Positions 47,670 to 57,800 of a stretch of DNA of 64,000 nt are shown piece after piece. The DNA is from Candidatus Micrarchaeota archaeon. Its GTDB lineage: Archaea > Micrarchaeota > Micrarchaeia > Micrarchaeales > CABMGC01. The notes beneath the pieces are model-generated. The model was not told where the DNA came from. It saw only the letters and a list, made by a program, of their open reading frames with translations, and made no database searches. Both the position numbers and the translations under genes were made by a program. Position 1 is the first letter of the stretch; each line of letters starts with the position of its first letter. The DNA lies in the NCBI GenBank assembly GCA_021803945.1, contig JAJZKW010000001.1:8517-72516 (forward strand), in the 5' to 3' direction.

Positions 47670-48956
47670 TTGGTGGATAAAAAGAGGGTACTCGGGCTCC
47701 ATAAGAAGGCTGGAGGCAAGATAGAGGTCATGCCGAAGGTCATGATAGACAATGAGGGCGAGCTTTCCATATACTACACCCCAGGAGTGTCATATGTAAG
47801 CGAGGAGATAAAGGGCAATGCAGACAAGGCATACGACTACACCTCGAAATCCAATACCATTGCAATAGTCTCTGACGGGACGAGGATACTGGGCCTTGGG
47901 GACATAGGTCCGTACGCAGGGATACCAGTTATGGAGGGCAAGGCCGCCCTTTTCAAGAAGTTCGGCGGAGTGGATGCAGTGCCTTTATGCATAGGCACAA
48001 CGGACGAGGACGAGATCGTAAAGCTCATCAAGGCAATATCGCCGAACTTCGGCGGCATAAACATAGAGGACATAGAATCGCCTAAGAGCTTCAGGATAGT
48101 GGAAAGGCTATCAGAGGAGCTTGACATACCAATATTCCACGACGACAGGCACGGCACCGGGGTTGTCGCTCTGGCTGCCCTTCTGAACTCCTTGAAGCTA
48201 ACAGGCAGAGGCAAGGGCGCGCGCATTGTGGTAAACGGGGCGGGATCGGCAGGGTTCGGCATAGCAACCCAGCTAATAAGTTCTGGATTCAGGAACATGG
48301 TCGTGCTTGACAAGAACGGCGCGATATACAAGGGCAGGGAGAGCGGAATGAACCCGTTCAAGGAGGAGATAGCCTCGCATACAAACGCGAGAAGGGTTAG
48401 CGGCGATTTGGCAGACATGCTAAAAGACGCAGACGTGCTGATAGGCGCGTCTGAGAGGGGCGCGTTTGGAAAGGACCACATAGCGCTCATGAACGGCAAG
48501 CCGATAGTATTCGCGCTTGCGAATCCGTATCCAGAGATAGAATATGACGAGGCGAAAGATGCAGGAGCGTATATCGTGGCTACAGGGAGAAGCGACAAGC
48601 CCAACCAGGTCAACAACATACTGGCATTCCCAGGGATAATGAGGGGGCTTTTAGATTCAAGGGCTAAGGCGGTTTCCTTCAAGATGCTGCACAACGCCGC
48701 TGTCACAATCGCCAGGAGCGTGGGCAGGAGACTCAGCACAGAGTTCATAATCCCATACGCATTGGAGAGGGGATTCGCTTTCAATACTGTGCCTAAGGTT
48801 GCCGCAAGCGTCGCGGAGTCCGCAGCAGCAGAGGGGCTCGCGCGCAAAGCGATCTCTTTTGAGTCGGAATTCAGGAATGCAGAGAGGCTGATCAGGAGAT
48901 ACGACAGCATGGAGCGCATATCCAAGAGATTCCTCGTTGGAGAAGGCAGGAGATAG
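47670..48956 (+). CDS. NAD(P)-dependent malic enzyme
   Basis: 'YYTPGV', 'GLGDIGPYAGIPVMEGKAALFKKFGG', 'FHDDRHGTGVV', 'VVNGAGSAGFG'. TTG start. Confidence 0.9.
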   Translation: MVDKKRVLGLHKKAGGKIEVMPKVMIDNEGELSIYYTPGVSYVSEEIKGNADKAYDYTSKSNTIAIVSDGTRILGLGDIGPYAGIPVMEGKAALFKKFGGVDAVPLCIGTTDEDEIVKLIKAISPNFGGINIEDIESPKSFRIVERLSEELDIPIFHDDRHGTGVVALAALLNSLKLTGRGKGARIVVNGAGSAGFGIATQLISSGFRNMVVLDKNGAIYKGRESGMNPFKEEIASHTNARRVSGDLADMLKDADVLIGASERGAFGKDHIALMNGKPIVFALANPYPEIEYDEAKDAGAYIVATGRSDKPNQVNNILAFPGIMRGLLDSRAKAVSFKMLHNAAVTIARSVGRRLSTEFIIPYALERGFAFNTVPKVAASVAESAAAEGLARKAISFESEFRNAERLIRRYDSMERISKRFLVGEGRR

Positions 48957-49003
48957 AAGGCAGGGTATATTAGCATATACTGCGTAATATCTATCGTGGT
49001 TTT

Positions 49004-49468
49004 ATGGTAGAAGTAAACGGGCCTGTCCCAAAAGTCTCCCTGTATGATACAGAGATGAACCGTGTCAAAGTGCAGAAGGTCAGCAAGGGCAAGTCGACTG
49101 TGATAGCCTTCTTCCCGGCCGCATTCACAAGCGTTTGCACAAAGGAGATGTGTACCTTCAGCGATGCAATTGCGAAGTTCAACTCCCTTGACGCGAATGT
49201 AATAGGCATAAGCGTTGACAGCCCGTTCTCAAACAAGGCCTTCAAGGAGCACAACAAGATAAACTTTACTCTCTTGAGCGACTTCAAGAGGAAGGCTGTC
49301 AAGAAGTTCGGCGTAGAGCTCAAGGACTTCAACGGCCTGAAAGGGTACATATCAGCCAAAAGGTCTGTTTTCATAGTGAATAAAGAAGGCCTCATAACAT
49401 ACAAGTGGGTTACAGAAGACCAGGCAAAAGAGCCAAACTACGAAGAGATAAAAACCGCCCTTGCCTGA
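49004..49468 (+). CDS. Peroxiredoxin (AhpC/TSA, Bcp-like)
   Basis: 'VIAFFPAAFTSVCTKEMC' peroxidatic Cys motif, 'GISVDSPFSNKAF'. Confidence 0.9.
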   Translation: MVEVNGPVPKVSLYDTEMNRVKVQKVSKGKSTVIAFFPAAFTSVCTKEMCTFSDAIAKFNSLDANVIGISVDSPFSNKAFKEHNKINFTLLSDFKRKAVKKFGVELKDFNGLKGYISAKRSVFIVNKEGLITYKWVTEDQAKEPNYEEIKTALA

Positions 49469-49539
49469 AAACCCTCAGTGTAAAATAGGTTCAACGCCTA
49501 ACAAAAATATTTATAAATAAATATGTAGTATTAAATTTC

Positions 49540-50226
49540 GTGACCAATATGGCCAAGAATCCGACTTTGTTGCAGAAGGCTTTTGTGGAAGGGCTGGGTA
49601 CGTTCATCCTGGTGTTCATAGGTGCAGGAGCTATAATATCGTCAGGACATTTCTTCTCAGGATCGGCTCAGCTGCTTGTGATAGCGCTTGCATTGGGGCT
49701 TGCGCTTGGAATCGCAGTGACAATTGCATTGGACATATCCGGTGGGCACATAAATCCGGCAGTCACCATAGCCATGCTATTGACTAATAGGATAAAGGCG
49801 TATGACGCCCTGGTGTACATAGTGGCGCAGCTCATAGGGGCAGTCATAGGCGCAGGAGTTCTTCTCATAGTCCCGTCCTCGATATCTGCAGGGACGTTCG
49901 GTATGACTGTACTCAACCCTTCAGTCAGCGTGTTCCAGGGAATAGTCATAGAGGCGCTCATAACATTCGTACTGATGATTGTAGTATTCGCAACAACGGT
50001 TGACAAGAGGACGGTCAAGGTAGGCGGATTTGCAGTTGGCCTGGCCCTGACATTGGGAATACTGTTTGCAGGACCGCTCACAGGAGGATCCGCAAATCCT
50101 GCAAGATCGTTCGGCCCTGAGCTGATAACAGGAAACTTCGCGAACTGGTATGTATACTGGATAGGGCCGATAATCGGAGCGGTGCTGGCAGCGCTCATAT
50201 ACCAGTATGTCCTGCTCAGGAAGTGA
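49540..50226 (+). CDS. aqpM: Aquaporin / MIP channel
   Basis: Two NPA boxes ('GGHINPAVT', 'GGSANPARSFGP') and six TM helices. Confidence 0.9.
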   Translation: MTNMAKNPTLLQKAFVEGLGTFILVFIGAGAIISSGHFFSGSAQLLVIALALGLALGIAVTIALDISGGHINPAVTIAMLLTNRIKAYDALVYIVAQLIGAVIGAGVLLIVPSSISAGTFGMTVLNPSVSVFQGIVIEALITFVLMIVVFATTVDKRTVKVGGFAVGLALTLGILFAGPLTGGSANPARSFGPELITGNFANWYVYWIGPIIGAVLAALIYQYVLLRK

Positions 50227-50352
50227 GTAGCAAAACAACAGGCGTATGTGTTATTTTGTGCAATTCCGTTGCATATAAATATCACCCTAGCCATATCTAT
50301 ATTCATATCCAATAACCGCCCCACGGTTATATCTGGAATCTAGGTCGAATCT

Positions 50353-50997
50353 ATGGCTAATAAAACCACCAAAATCCAACTATCAAAACCTGAGTTATCT
50401 GCATTACTGGCCGCAGCTCGCAAAGACGGTTTCGATGCAGGTTTTGAATCTGGTACCAAATCTGCGTTTGCGATTGATGAGAAAACCGGGCTATACACTG
50501 AACGCAGGTTTAAGGAGGATCTCGTACACAATATAAATCGTTTCCGTAGAGATAACATCACTGCAACAATATTGTTTATAGATGTAAACAATATGAAGGG
50601 CCTTAACGATACATATGGCCACGATCTAGTTGATGGTTTATTAATCAAACTTGCAGAAGTTATGAAATCTTCTATAAGAAATACGGACAATGTATACAGG
50701 AGATACATGACCGGAGATGAATTCATGATTATACTTGAACATACAGAAACTTCCGGCGCGCAAAAATTCATTGGAAAATTAAATCTTGCGATCGCAAATG
50801 ATCCCGAATTGAGTCAATACGGATTAAGCGTTTCTATTGGAACATCAAGCATAATTGACATTGTTAATGCCGAAGGTGTTAAGGTTATACATGATCCTAA
50901 TCAGCTAGTCACGACGATGAGTGAAATTGCAGATGCAGCTATGCGAGCTAATAAAATGTCACACAAGCAAGCACTTGTCAAGGCGCAAAGAAAGTAA
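50353..50997 (+). CDS. Stand-alone GGDEF-domain nucleotide cyclase homolog (TGDEF variant)
   Basis: 'DEKTGLYTERRFKEDL', 'ILFIDVNNMKGLNDTYGHDLVDGLL', 'YRRYMTGDEFMIIL', 'LSVSIGTS', 'ADAAMRANK' match the ordered conserved GGDEF blocks. There is only about 45 aa of N-terminal sequence and no sensor domain. Confidence 0.75.
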   Translation: MANKTTKIQLSKPELSALLAAARKDGFDAGFESGTKSAFAIDEKTGLYTERRFKEDLVHNINRFRRDNITATILFIDVNNMKGLNDTYGHDLVDGLLIKLAEVMKSSIRNTDNVYRRYMTGDEFMIILEHTETSGAQKFIGKLNLAIANDPELSQYGLSVSIGTSSIIDIVNAEGVKVIHDPNQLVTTMSEIADAAMRANKMSHKQALVKAQRK

Positions 50998-51052
50998 TGC
51001 ACAATCTCATTACAAACCAAACCTAAAATATTATTAGGAATTCTAATATTAT

Positions 51053-51334
51053 TTGAGTATATATTTTTTCAGTATAAAGAAGCAGATAAAACCAAATAAA
51101 AAGAAAAATAAAGATAAATATTTGAAAGAAAACAATATTGGTGATGAATTGTCACAAATAAAATTCGGAGATCGTCCGCATGGTTTTAGTTTTGTTGGTG
51201 ATAAAAAAGGCCTGCTGGATTTTGCAAGAGCAATAAATGCAATATGCCCAGATAAGCGGTTTGTGGATTTGACTCCACAAGACAAAGAGCTTCTGATTAT
51301 GATGGTAAGACCAATAAAGCCTAGGAACGATTAA
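51053..51334 (+). CDS. Hypothetical small protein (weak call)
   Basis: 93-aa ORF with a Lys-rich, low-complexity N-terminus. No motif recognised, and it may start internally or be non-coding. Confidence 0.2.
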   Translation: MSIYFFSIKKQIKPNKKKNKDKYLKENNIGDELSQIKFGDRPHGFSFVGDKKGLLDFARAINAICPDKRFVDLTPQDKELLIMMVRPIKPRND

Positions 51335-51842
51335 ATACCTGCATGCAAAAATAAACCGATCACGCAATCCATTCCGAACAAGATAATTCTGCGTTGTCGA
51401 AACAAGTCATACTAACAATATTCTAGTAATTCTAATATAGTTTAGAATTGCTCTTTATCTGCGTTTACAGCCCTTATTATCATAGCCAAGTAAATCATCA
51501 AAAGGAAATTATCAGGCTTTGCAAGGCCAATCCTGCGCGATATTTTGACGTCGGAAGACCGTCTTGGTTACACTTCCACTATTCCTCCAGGCGTGAGAAT
51601 ACGCATTCCAAATTTCTGGTTTAATTCTAACTACTTCCATATATTTGGCATAAAAACAGCCCGAAGAGGAAAATCATATCCTTTTCTGCAGTTTTAGCCA
51701 TTAAGGGGGGTGGCATGACCAGGACAAGGCATTTTCCAAAAATACGGAATGCAGGGCTTTACTGAAATCATTTTTTGCGCTAAAATTATGGAAGCCGGCA
51801 GTCTTAGATGCATCTATATGGTGATTTCAATTAAATGAAAGC

Positions 51843-52523
51843 TTACCTTCTCAGCAACTCCAACATCCTGCTTTTCAGTAATTCTCCCGCCTTCTTGTCA
51901 TTTTCAACCGCTTTCCCCATACTTCTTGCAAAATCATCCGGCCATATGGTCATAGGATCTATCAATACCGGTTTTCCATCCACAACTATTATGTTAGTAT
52001 AATTCAGATCGCAATGGCCAACCCCATATTCATGTAGTCTGTTTATAACGCCTATTATCTGCTCTCCCAGATTGACAAATGCAACTACCTTGCTGCGGTC
52101 CCTTTGCGCCTCGATATAATACTCGAGTAGGGCTTTTCCCTCCAAGTATTCAATGACACTCCCTACAGGATTATAATTAATATCGAGTCTTACATATGCC
52201 AATGCTATCGGAGTTGCTGCATTGTCTGGTAATAGTGAATGCAATAGGCGTAAATGCTCAAATTCACCCGGCCTAAAACCCAATGTCCCCCGGATCCCCG
52301 AAGCAGTAGTGAACGGTGTCTTGCTTCCTGTGACTGCGTCTGTCCTTTCTTTTTTGACGATCGGGCCAAGGTATGCTTCAGTCCAACCCGGCCTATAACA
52401 TAATTTTAGGAACAACTTTTCCTTAGTATATCCATGCCCAGCCAGATTCTGGAATAATGCTACGGCATTTGGCGCAGGTATCCTTAACCCTAGCTCAGTA
52501 CTCTGTCTTAATTGTGTAGTCAT
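51843..52523 (-). CDS. Protein kinase-like fold protein (RIO/Kdo/Bud32-like catalytic loop)
   Basis: 'HEYGVGHCDLNYTNIIVVDGKPVLIDP' gives an HxDLxxxN catalytic loop plus an 'IDP' metal-binding position. No clear glycine-rich loop was recognised. Confidence 0.5.
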   Translation of the reverse strand: MTTQLRQSTELGLRIPAPNAVALFQNLAGHGYTKEKLFLKLCYRPGWTEAYLGPIVKKERTDAVTGSKTPFTTASGIRGTLGFRPGEFEHLRLLHSLLPDNAATPIALAYVRLDINYNPVGSVIEYLEGKALLEYYIEAQRDRSKVVAFVNLGEQIIGVINRLHEYGVGHCDLNYTNIIVVDGKPVLIDPMTIWPDDFARSMGKAVENDKKAGELLKSRMLELLRR

Positions 52524-52801
52524 GCTATTTCACACTATTTCCACCAGTTTTGATATATATTACTTTTACTCTCTTGGACAATAGTCTAATTCTAATAACC
52601 TCTTGGAAATTCTAGAAAGATTTAAGTCTAATATTCTGCCTTCCTTTTTCCCGAAGGTTTCCATAAGATATGCCTGTTGAATGCTCCTCCAAAGTCGTTG
52701 AAATTGTAGATAACCGATGTTCACCAATCCACCGAAATTATAAACGGCCAAAGCAAATCACAAACTATTTATATATGCATATGCATATACCTATTGATGC
52801 A

Positions 52802-53023
52802 ATGGTAAAAGTAATCTCAGTATCCGATGAGGCATATGCACTTCTTAAAAGGCTAAAAGGCCAAAAACTGTCGTTTTCGGAGGCAATAAAGGAAGCCGTA
52901 TACAAGAATAAACAGGACAAGACTGCAATAATGGGTCTTTTCGGATCATTGAAAGGCAAGATCAATGCCAAACGATGGAAGGCGCAACTATATGCGGATC
53001 GCGAACGGCCCTGGACCGGGTAA
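52802..53023 (+). CDS. vapB: VapB-type antitoxin (same family as 18619-18858)
   Basis: 'MVKVISVSDEAYALLKRLKGQKLSFSEAIKEAV'. Start moved to ATG 52802. Immediately upstream of a PIN gene. Confidence 0.65.
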   Translation: MVKVISVSDEAYALLKRLKGQKLSFSEAIKEAVYKNKQDKTAIMGLFGSLKGKINAKRWKAQLYADRERPWTG

Positions 53024-53031
53024 GCGATAGG

Positions 53032-53409
53032 ATGGTAATAATCGATACGGATGTATTGATAGACTTCTTGGAAGGCGACAATAGCGTCCGCGAGGCGGTA
53101 TACAAGCGAATGCAGTATGGCAAGGTAGCTACCACAATAATAAACCAGTATGAACTATTCAAAGGCGTCGAATCAAGAGAACAGGAAGATGCGATAGATG
53201 CACTCCTGTCAAAGTTGGAGATTTATGTCATGGATCATGCGTCCATGAAAAACGCCGCGCTGGCATTCCAGGCATTGAAGAAGTCCGGGTATCTTATACC
53301 AGAGGCAGACATTTTGGTAGCAGGTATTGCGCAGTCGCACGGGGAGACCATACTTACAAGAGACCATCACTTTAAGAAGCTGCAGATGATAAAAACCGAG
53401 ATAATATGA
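53032..53409 (+). CDS. vapC: PIN-domain toxin VapC
   Basis: 'MVIIDTDVLIDFLEG', 'EADILVAGIA', 'ILTRDHHF' PIN acidic residues. Start at ATG 53032. Confidence 0.85.
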   Translation: MVIIDTDVLIDFLEGDNSVREAVYKRMQYGKVATTIINQYELFKGVESREQEDAIDALLSKLEIYVMDHASMKNAALAFQALKKSGYLIPEADILVAGIAQSHGETILTRDHHFKKLQMIKTEII

Positions 53410-53510
53410 TCAGTTAAATTACAGCCAAATCAAAACACATCTACCCATGTTTACAGTTTACCTTATAAGTTTTCATAAAGAAAGTTTGTCTGCAGATTCA
53501 AAGGTCTTGT

Positions 53511-54251
53511 ATGCACGTGAAAACCAAAGTACTCATATATGCTGCCGCAATAGTCATTGTACTAGCGTACGGATCAATAGGCAGCTACCTGCTGAGCCAA
53601 AATAATGGATTCAGTACTAAGATAAACAGCCCCATAACAGCGCTTTACTTCACTATAGTGACCGTTTCCACAGTGGGATACGGTGACATAGTCCCAGTGA
53701 CGCGAACCGCAAGGGCATTCACAATGGTCCTGATCATAGCAGGACTCAGCGTCTTCCTCAGTGCAGTTACTGTTTTATCAGGTGATATAATGGATTCGAG
53801 AATAGACAAGCTTTCAGGCAGGATATCTGGGTTCGAGAGGAGGATGCTTAACAAGCACACCATACTGATTGGTGCAGACGCCGCAAACCTCTCCCTTGCA
53901 GAAAAGATGAGGGCAGAAGGCAAAAAGTTCGTATTTTTGACTTCTGACAAGGTAATAGTGGACAAGCTGAGGGAAGACGGATATAATGCCTTTATCGCAG
54001 ACCCGACATCGAACAAGGACCTCCTGTTATACAACCTTGACAAGGCGAAGACGATAATAATAGACCTCAAGGAGAACTCGCGCACTTTCTACACCATACT
54101 GCTTGCAAGGAAGCTGTCAAAAAGCGCAAGGATAATTGCCATAGTCCAGACAAAGGAGATAGAAGAGCACGTGAAGGCGTTCAATCTCAATGTAGAAATA
54201 ATAAATCCGTCAGACAAGATAGCCGATATTGTCAACAAGAACATCAAATAG
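53511..54251 (+). CDS. 2-TM potassium channel with C-terminal RCK/TrkA-N domain (MthK-like)
   Basis: Selectivity filter 'TVSTVGYGD' between two TM helices, then a Rossmann-like 'HTILIGADAANLSLAEKMRAEGKKFVFL'. Confidence 0.85.
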   Translation: MHVKTKVLIYAAAIVIVLAYGSIGSYLLSQNNGFSTKINSPITALYFTIVTVSTVGYGDIVPVTRTARAFTMVLIIAGLSVFLSAVTVLSGDIMDSRIDKLSGRISGFERRMLNKHTILIGADAANLSLAEKMRAEGKKFVFLTSDKVIVDKLREDGYNAFIADPTSNKDLLLYNLDKAKTIIIDLKENSRTFYTILLARKLSKSARIIAIVQTKEIEEHVKAFNLNVEIINPSDKIADIVNKNIK

Positions 54252-54411
54252 CGCAAGCGCCTTGCAACAACTACTGGCTAATCCTGTTGGCCTGTTGATT
54301 AGGAAGCCTGCCCAAACCGATGATCATCGCAGCGCCCAGACAGCTAAAAACGCATAGGTTTTAAAAGCTTGGCCAGAAAAAAAGCAACTTATATATATCA
54401 CAAAAGGAAAA

Positions 54412-54681
54412 ATGACATACGGTTGTACCATGCCAGAACAAATAGCCAAACGTAAAAGTCCTAAAATATTGGAAGCTGCTTTCGGAGTCAGCACATTGGC
54501 AACAGTAGCAGGGTTTGCCGGCTATTTAGGCGTATATGTGACAGAGCCATTATTTCATCTATCAAATAAGATACCAACAGAGATGCTTAGGTACGGGACA
54601 ACGGCGCTAATTGTCTCCTTCGGAGCTCTTCTTCTATCTGGTTTTGTAGAAAGCAATTTCAAGGGGTCAAAAAGGCCTTAA
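54412..54681 (+). CDS. Small membrane protein
   Basis: 89 aa with two hydrophobic helices. No family recognised. Confidence 0.3.
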   Translation: MTYGCTMPEQIAKRKSPKILEAAFGVSTLATVAGFAGYLGVYVTEPLFHLSNKIPTEMLRYGTTALIVSFGALLLSGFVESNFKGSKRP

Positions 54682-54870
54682 TCCAGCATACATTGCTCTG
54701 CTTATACATGCTCCCTTTTTTGTCTGCCAAATCTACTATAAATCCTTAAATACTCTACATCACCCATAGTTTTGGAATGCAATGCAAAGCCGACAACAAT
54801 TAAATACGCACTCACTCAAATATGTGTATGGCAGTCAAACCTGCTTTTATGTGCGGAATGATGATTGGGC

Positions 54871-57800
54871 ATGTTTAAACTTAATGTGATTACAGCCTTC
54901 TCTATTTTGATACTCGGCCTTGTGCTTATCCCTTCTGCGGTCCAGGCAAACCCTTGCGGAACGTTTCCTTCAGGCATGTCGTACTGCCAGCAGCTCTCTA
55001 TAGCAAACCAGCAATCAAGCGCAGTTGCTGCGGGAACGCAGGTGATGCTAAACTACAACGCCCTCGCGTACAATACCTACCTTGCATCGAATCTGATGAA
55101 CATCGAGGTGTATAATTCAATATCCGGGAACGTTCTGTATACGTGGCTCGAGGGCAACACCCTGAACGAGAACCAGGGTACCCTTCTTTCCACGTCAGCA
55201 AACATACTATACTGGATTAACCTCGACACCCCTATAGCTGCAAGCAGCACGGACTCGAATATTTACCTCGCGTACTTCCCAACCACAAACGACCTGTTCA
55301 ATGGGAACAACCTTGGCGCAGCCCCGCAGCTCTACTGCGCAAGCGGATGCCCTACTATTAGCTACAATGCAATAGACAACGGTCAAAAGGTGTTTCCGCT
55401 GCTATACCAGAACTTCGCAGGAACCTTAGTTCCTACTGGATGGGCCAATACTGGAGGGGTCATAAGTAATGGAGTAACGCTGAGCAGCTCTGTAGGTAAT
55501 TCAATGGTCACATCTGCGTTATACGGTCTTAATTCGACTCAGATAGAGGACATATACGGAAATCTTCAAGGATCTAGCACTGCAACAAACATTTATTTTG
55601 GCTATACAAACAGCAATAATGCAGACTGTCTTGGCTGGGGCGTAGGCGGGAACGGAGTTACTGGTGCACCAGCTTCAAATTCCATCATATATAATTTTTA
55701 TGGTAATACGTGTTCACATAGCTCTGCAATTTTTGGAAACCTAAATCCTTCAGAAACAACAAATGCCGTATTCACTACTTATTGGCCCTCGTCAACATCC
55801 ATAATATCAAGTTTTGACTACGGCCCTACCAACGAGATAAGCAGCGCTTATACGGCACAATTGCCAATCGGATCATATGTGGATGGAGGCACTGGCGCTT
55901 TCATGCAGTGGGTCCGCCTTCGAACGTACCCTCCAAACGGAGTTCAGCCTACTGTAACGTTTGGGTCTGTGCAATCCATAAATGCGCCATCATGTACAGT
56001 ATCGATAACCAACCCCTCAAATGCAATAGTAGATGCAGGCCAGTACGAGACATTCATAGCCTCGAATACCAACTGCGTAAGCCCGTATACCTACAATATA
56101 CTCGTGGTTAACTCGATTACGCCTGCAACCATAACACACAACGACCTTGTCACAGGAAGCACTTCATCTTCTATAACATACACCTTCCAGGCTGCAAGCT
56201 ACGATGTCTCCAACAGTCCTGAGGAGGCAAACGTAGTGCTGACGGACTCAGGGACAAATACAGTGACTTCGGGATATTCATCAACATTTACCATAAACCC
56301 CGCACTGGTGGCCAGCGCATCTCCGACTCCAACCTCCCCAACAATATATCAGGGCCAATCTGTCGCGCTGTCGATATCCGCTCCCACTGCAGGAACATCT
56401 CCATATTCATACCAGTGGTATTCAGGCTCATCTTCGACTTGCACATCGGATTCTCCCATTCCAAACGCAGCATCGCTGTCATACACGGCCTCGCCTTCAG
56501 CAAATACATATTATTGCGTAAAGGAAACGGACAATGTAAATGAAGTAGTCTATACCGGCACAGATTTGGTAACGGTCCTCCCAGCCACGAACTTCTCAGA
56601 GACGGGACTGCCTGACGGCGCAGTCTGGACTGTCACATACAACAGCGTAAGCACTAATACAGTAGCATCCAACTCTATATACTTCCACTCCTCCCTAAAC
56701 ACCGGGTCTACCTATTCGTTCATTATAAACAATAGCATAATAAGCGGGGTGCCATACCTGCCCACGCCTTCGGGAGGAAACCTACAGGCAGGCAACGCGA
56801 TCAACATAAAATTTGCACCGCAGAATGTAATAACCCCAAGTCCCACAGAGCGTGTGATAATCCCATTATACATATATCCAAATGCCACTTACTCCCTCCT
56901 TCCGAGCTACATGCCCGGCCTTTACGGCGTTGTGATAAACCCAGACAGCGGTTCAGGCGCAAGCATAAATACGGACTATGCATCTGCAGCCGCGAAGCTG
57001 GAATCCAAAGGAGTGAAGGTCTTCGGGTACGTGCCAACAGGCTACGGAGCAGATCCGCTGTCATATGTCGAAGCCAACATAGTGAACTATTACAGCTGGT
57101 ATCATGTAAACGGGATATTCTTCGATGAGGCGAATTCCATATGCACTACATCAACAGAAAACTACTACAGCTCGCTATACGGGTACATAAAAGGCAATTA
57201 CCTGAGCAATACAGTCATACTAAATCCAGGGGCGCCGAGCGGACCATGCTACCAGTTCTATTCAGATATAATAAACGCATTTGAAAATCCGTATTCAGAT
57301 TACATAAACAGCGTCTATTCTCCTGATTCGTGGGCTTCCAATACCCTGCCATCTCACTTTATGAATATAATCTATGGCGTCCCGAACAATACCGTAGTGC
57401 AGCAGACAATCAACCTTGCCGACAACAGGAGCATTGGCTACGTGTACATCACCAATACTATGGGTGTTTATTCCATATTGCCACCATATTTTGCCCAGGA
57501 AGCAAACATGGTAAATCCGCTGGTAATAAAAAATCCTGTTGCAAGCACAGAGACTGCTGCCAACAGCCAGGCAATATCCTTCAATGTGATTGCAACCGGA
57601 GGGTCTGGCGCATACACATACAACTGGTTCGGCTTACCTCCAGGGTGCACTTCTCCAAACGCGAATTCCCTTAGCTGCACTCCCTCATCTCCAGGCACCC
57701 ATACAATATCAACCCAAGTCACTGACTCATATGGGTTTACCAACTCGTCGTCTCAGATAGTTTTTGATTCAGGAATAATATACAAGGTTCCGATAACGTT

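Noticed and set aside
47837-48976. 379-aa minus-strand ORF.
   Set aside because: It is antisense to the malic enzyme gene, which has clear family motifs. The translation is Ser/Leu/Ala/Pro-rich with no recognisable domain.
49668-50324. 218-aa minus-strand ORF.
   Set aside because: It is antisense to the aquaporin gene, whose two NPA boxes make the plus-strand call unambiguous.
50353-50997. Reading the GGDEF-like ORF as a Cas10/type III CRISPR palm-domain fragment or a CD-NTase.
   Set aside because: The block order (TGL..RR.F, DxD.FK..ND..GH, xGDEF, SIG, AD.A.Y.AK-like) is that of bona fide GGDEF domains. There is no HD domain, no GGDD motif and no CRISPR/cas or CBASS effector neighbour.
54856-54875. 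AATGATGA string resembling a C/D-box sRNA C box. A similar CTGATGA occurs at 32423.
   Set aside because: No appropriately spaced D/D' (CTGA) boxes or terminal stem were found, and both strings overlap ribosome-binding or start regions of protein genes.
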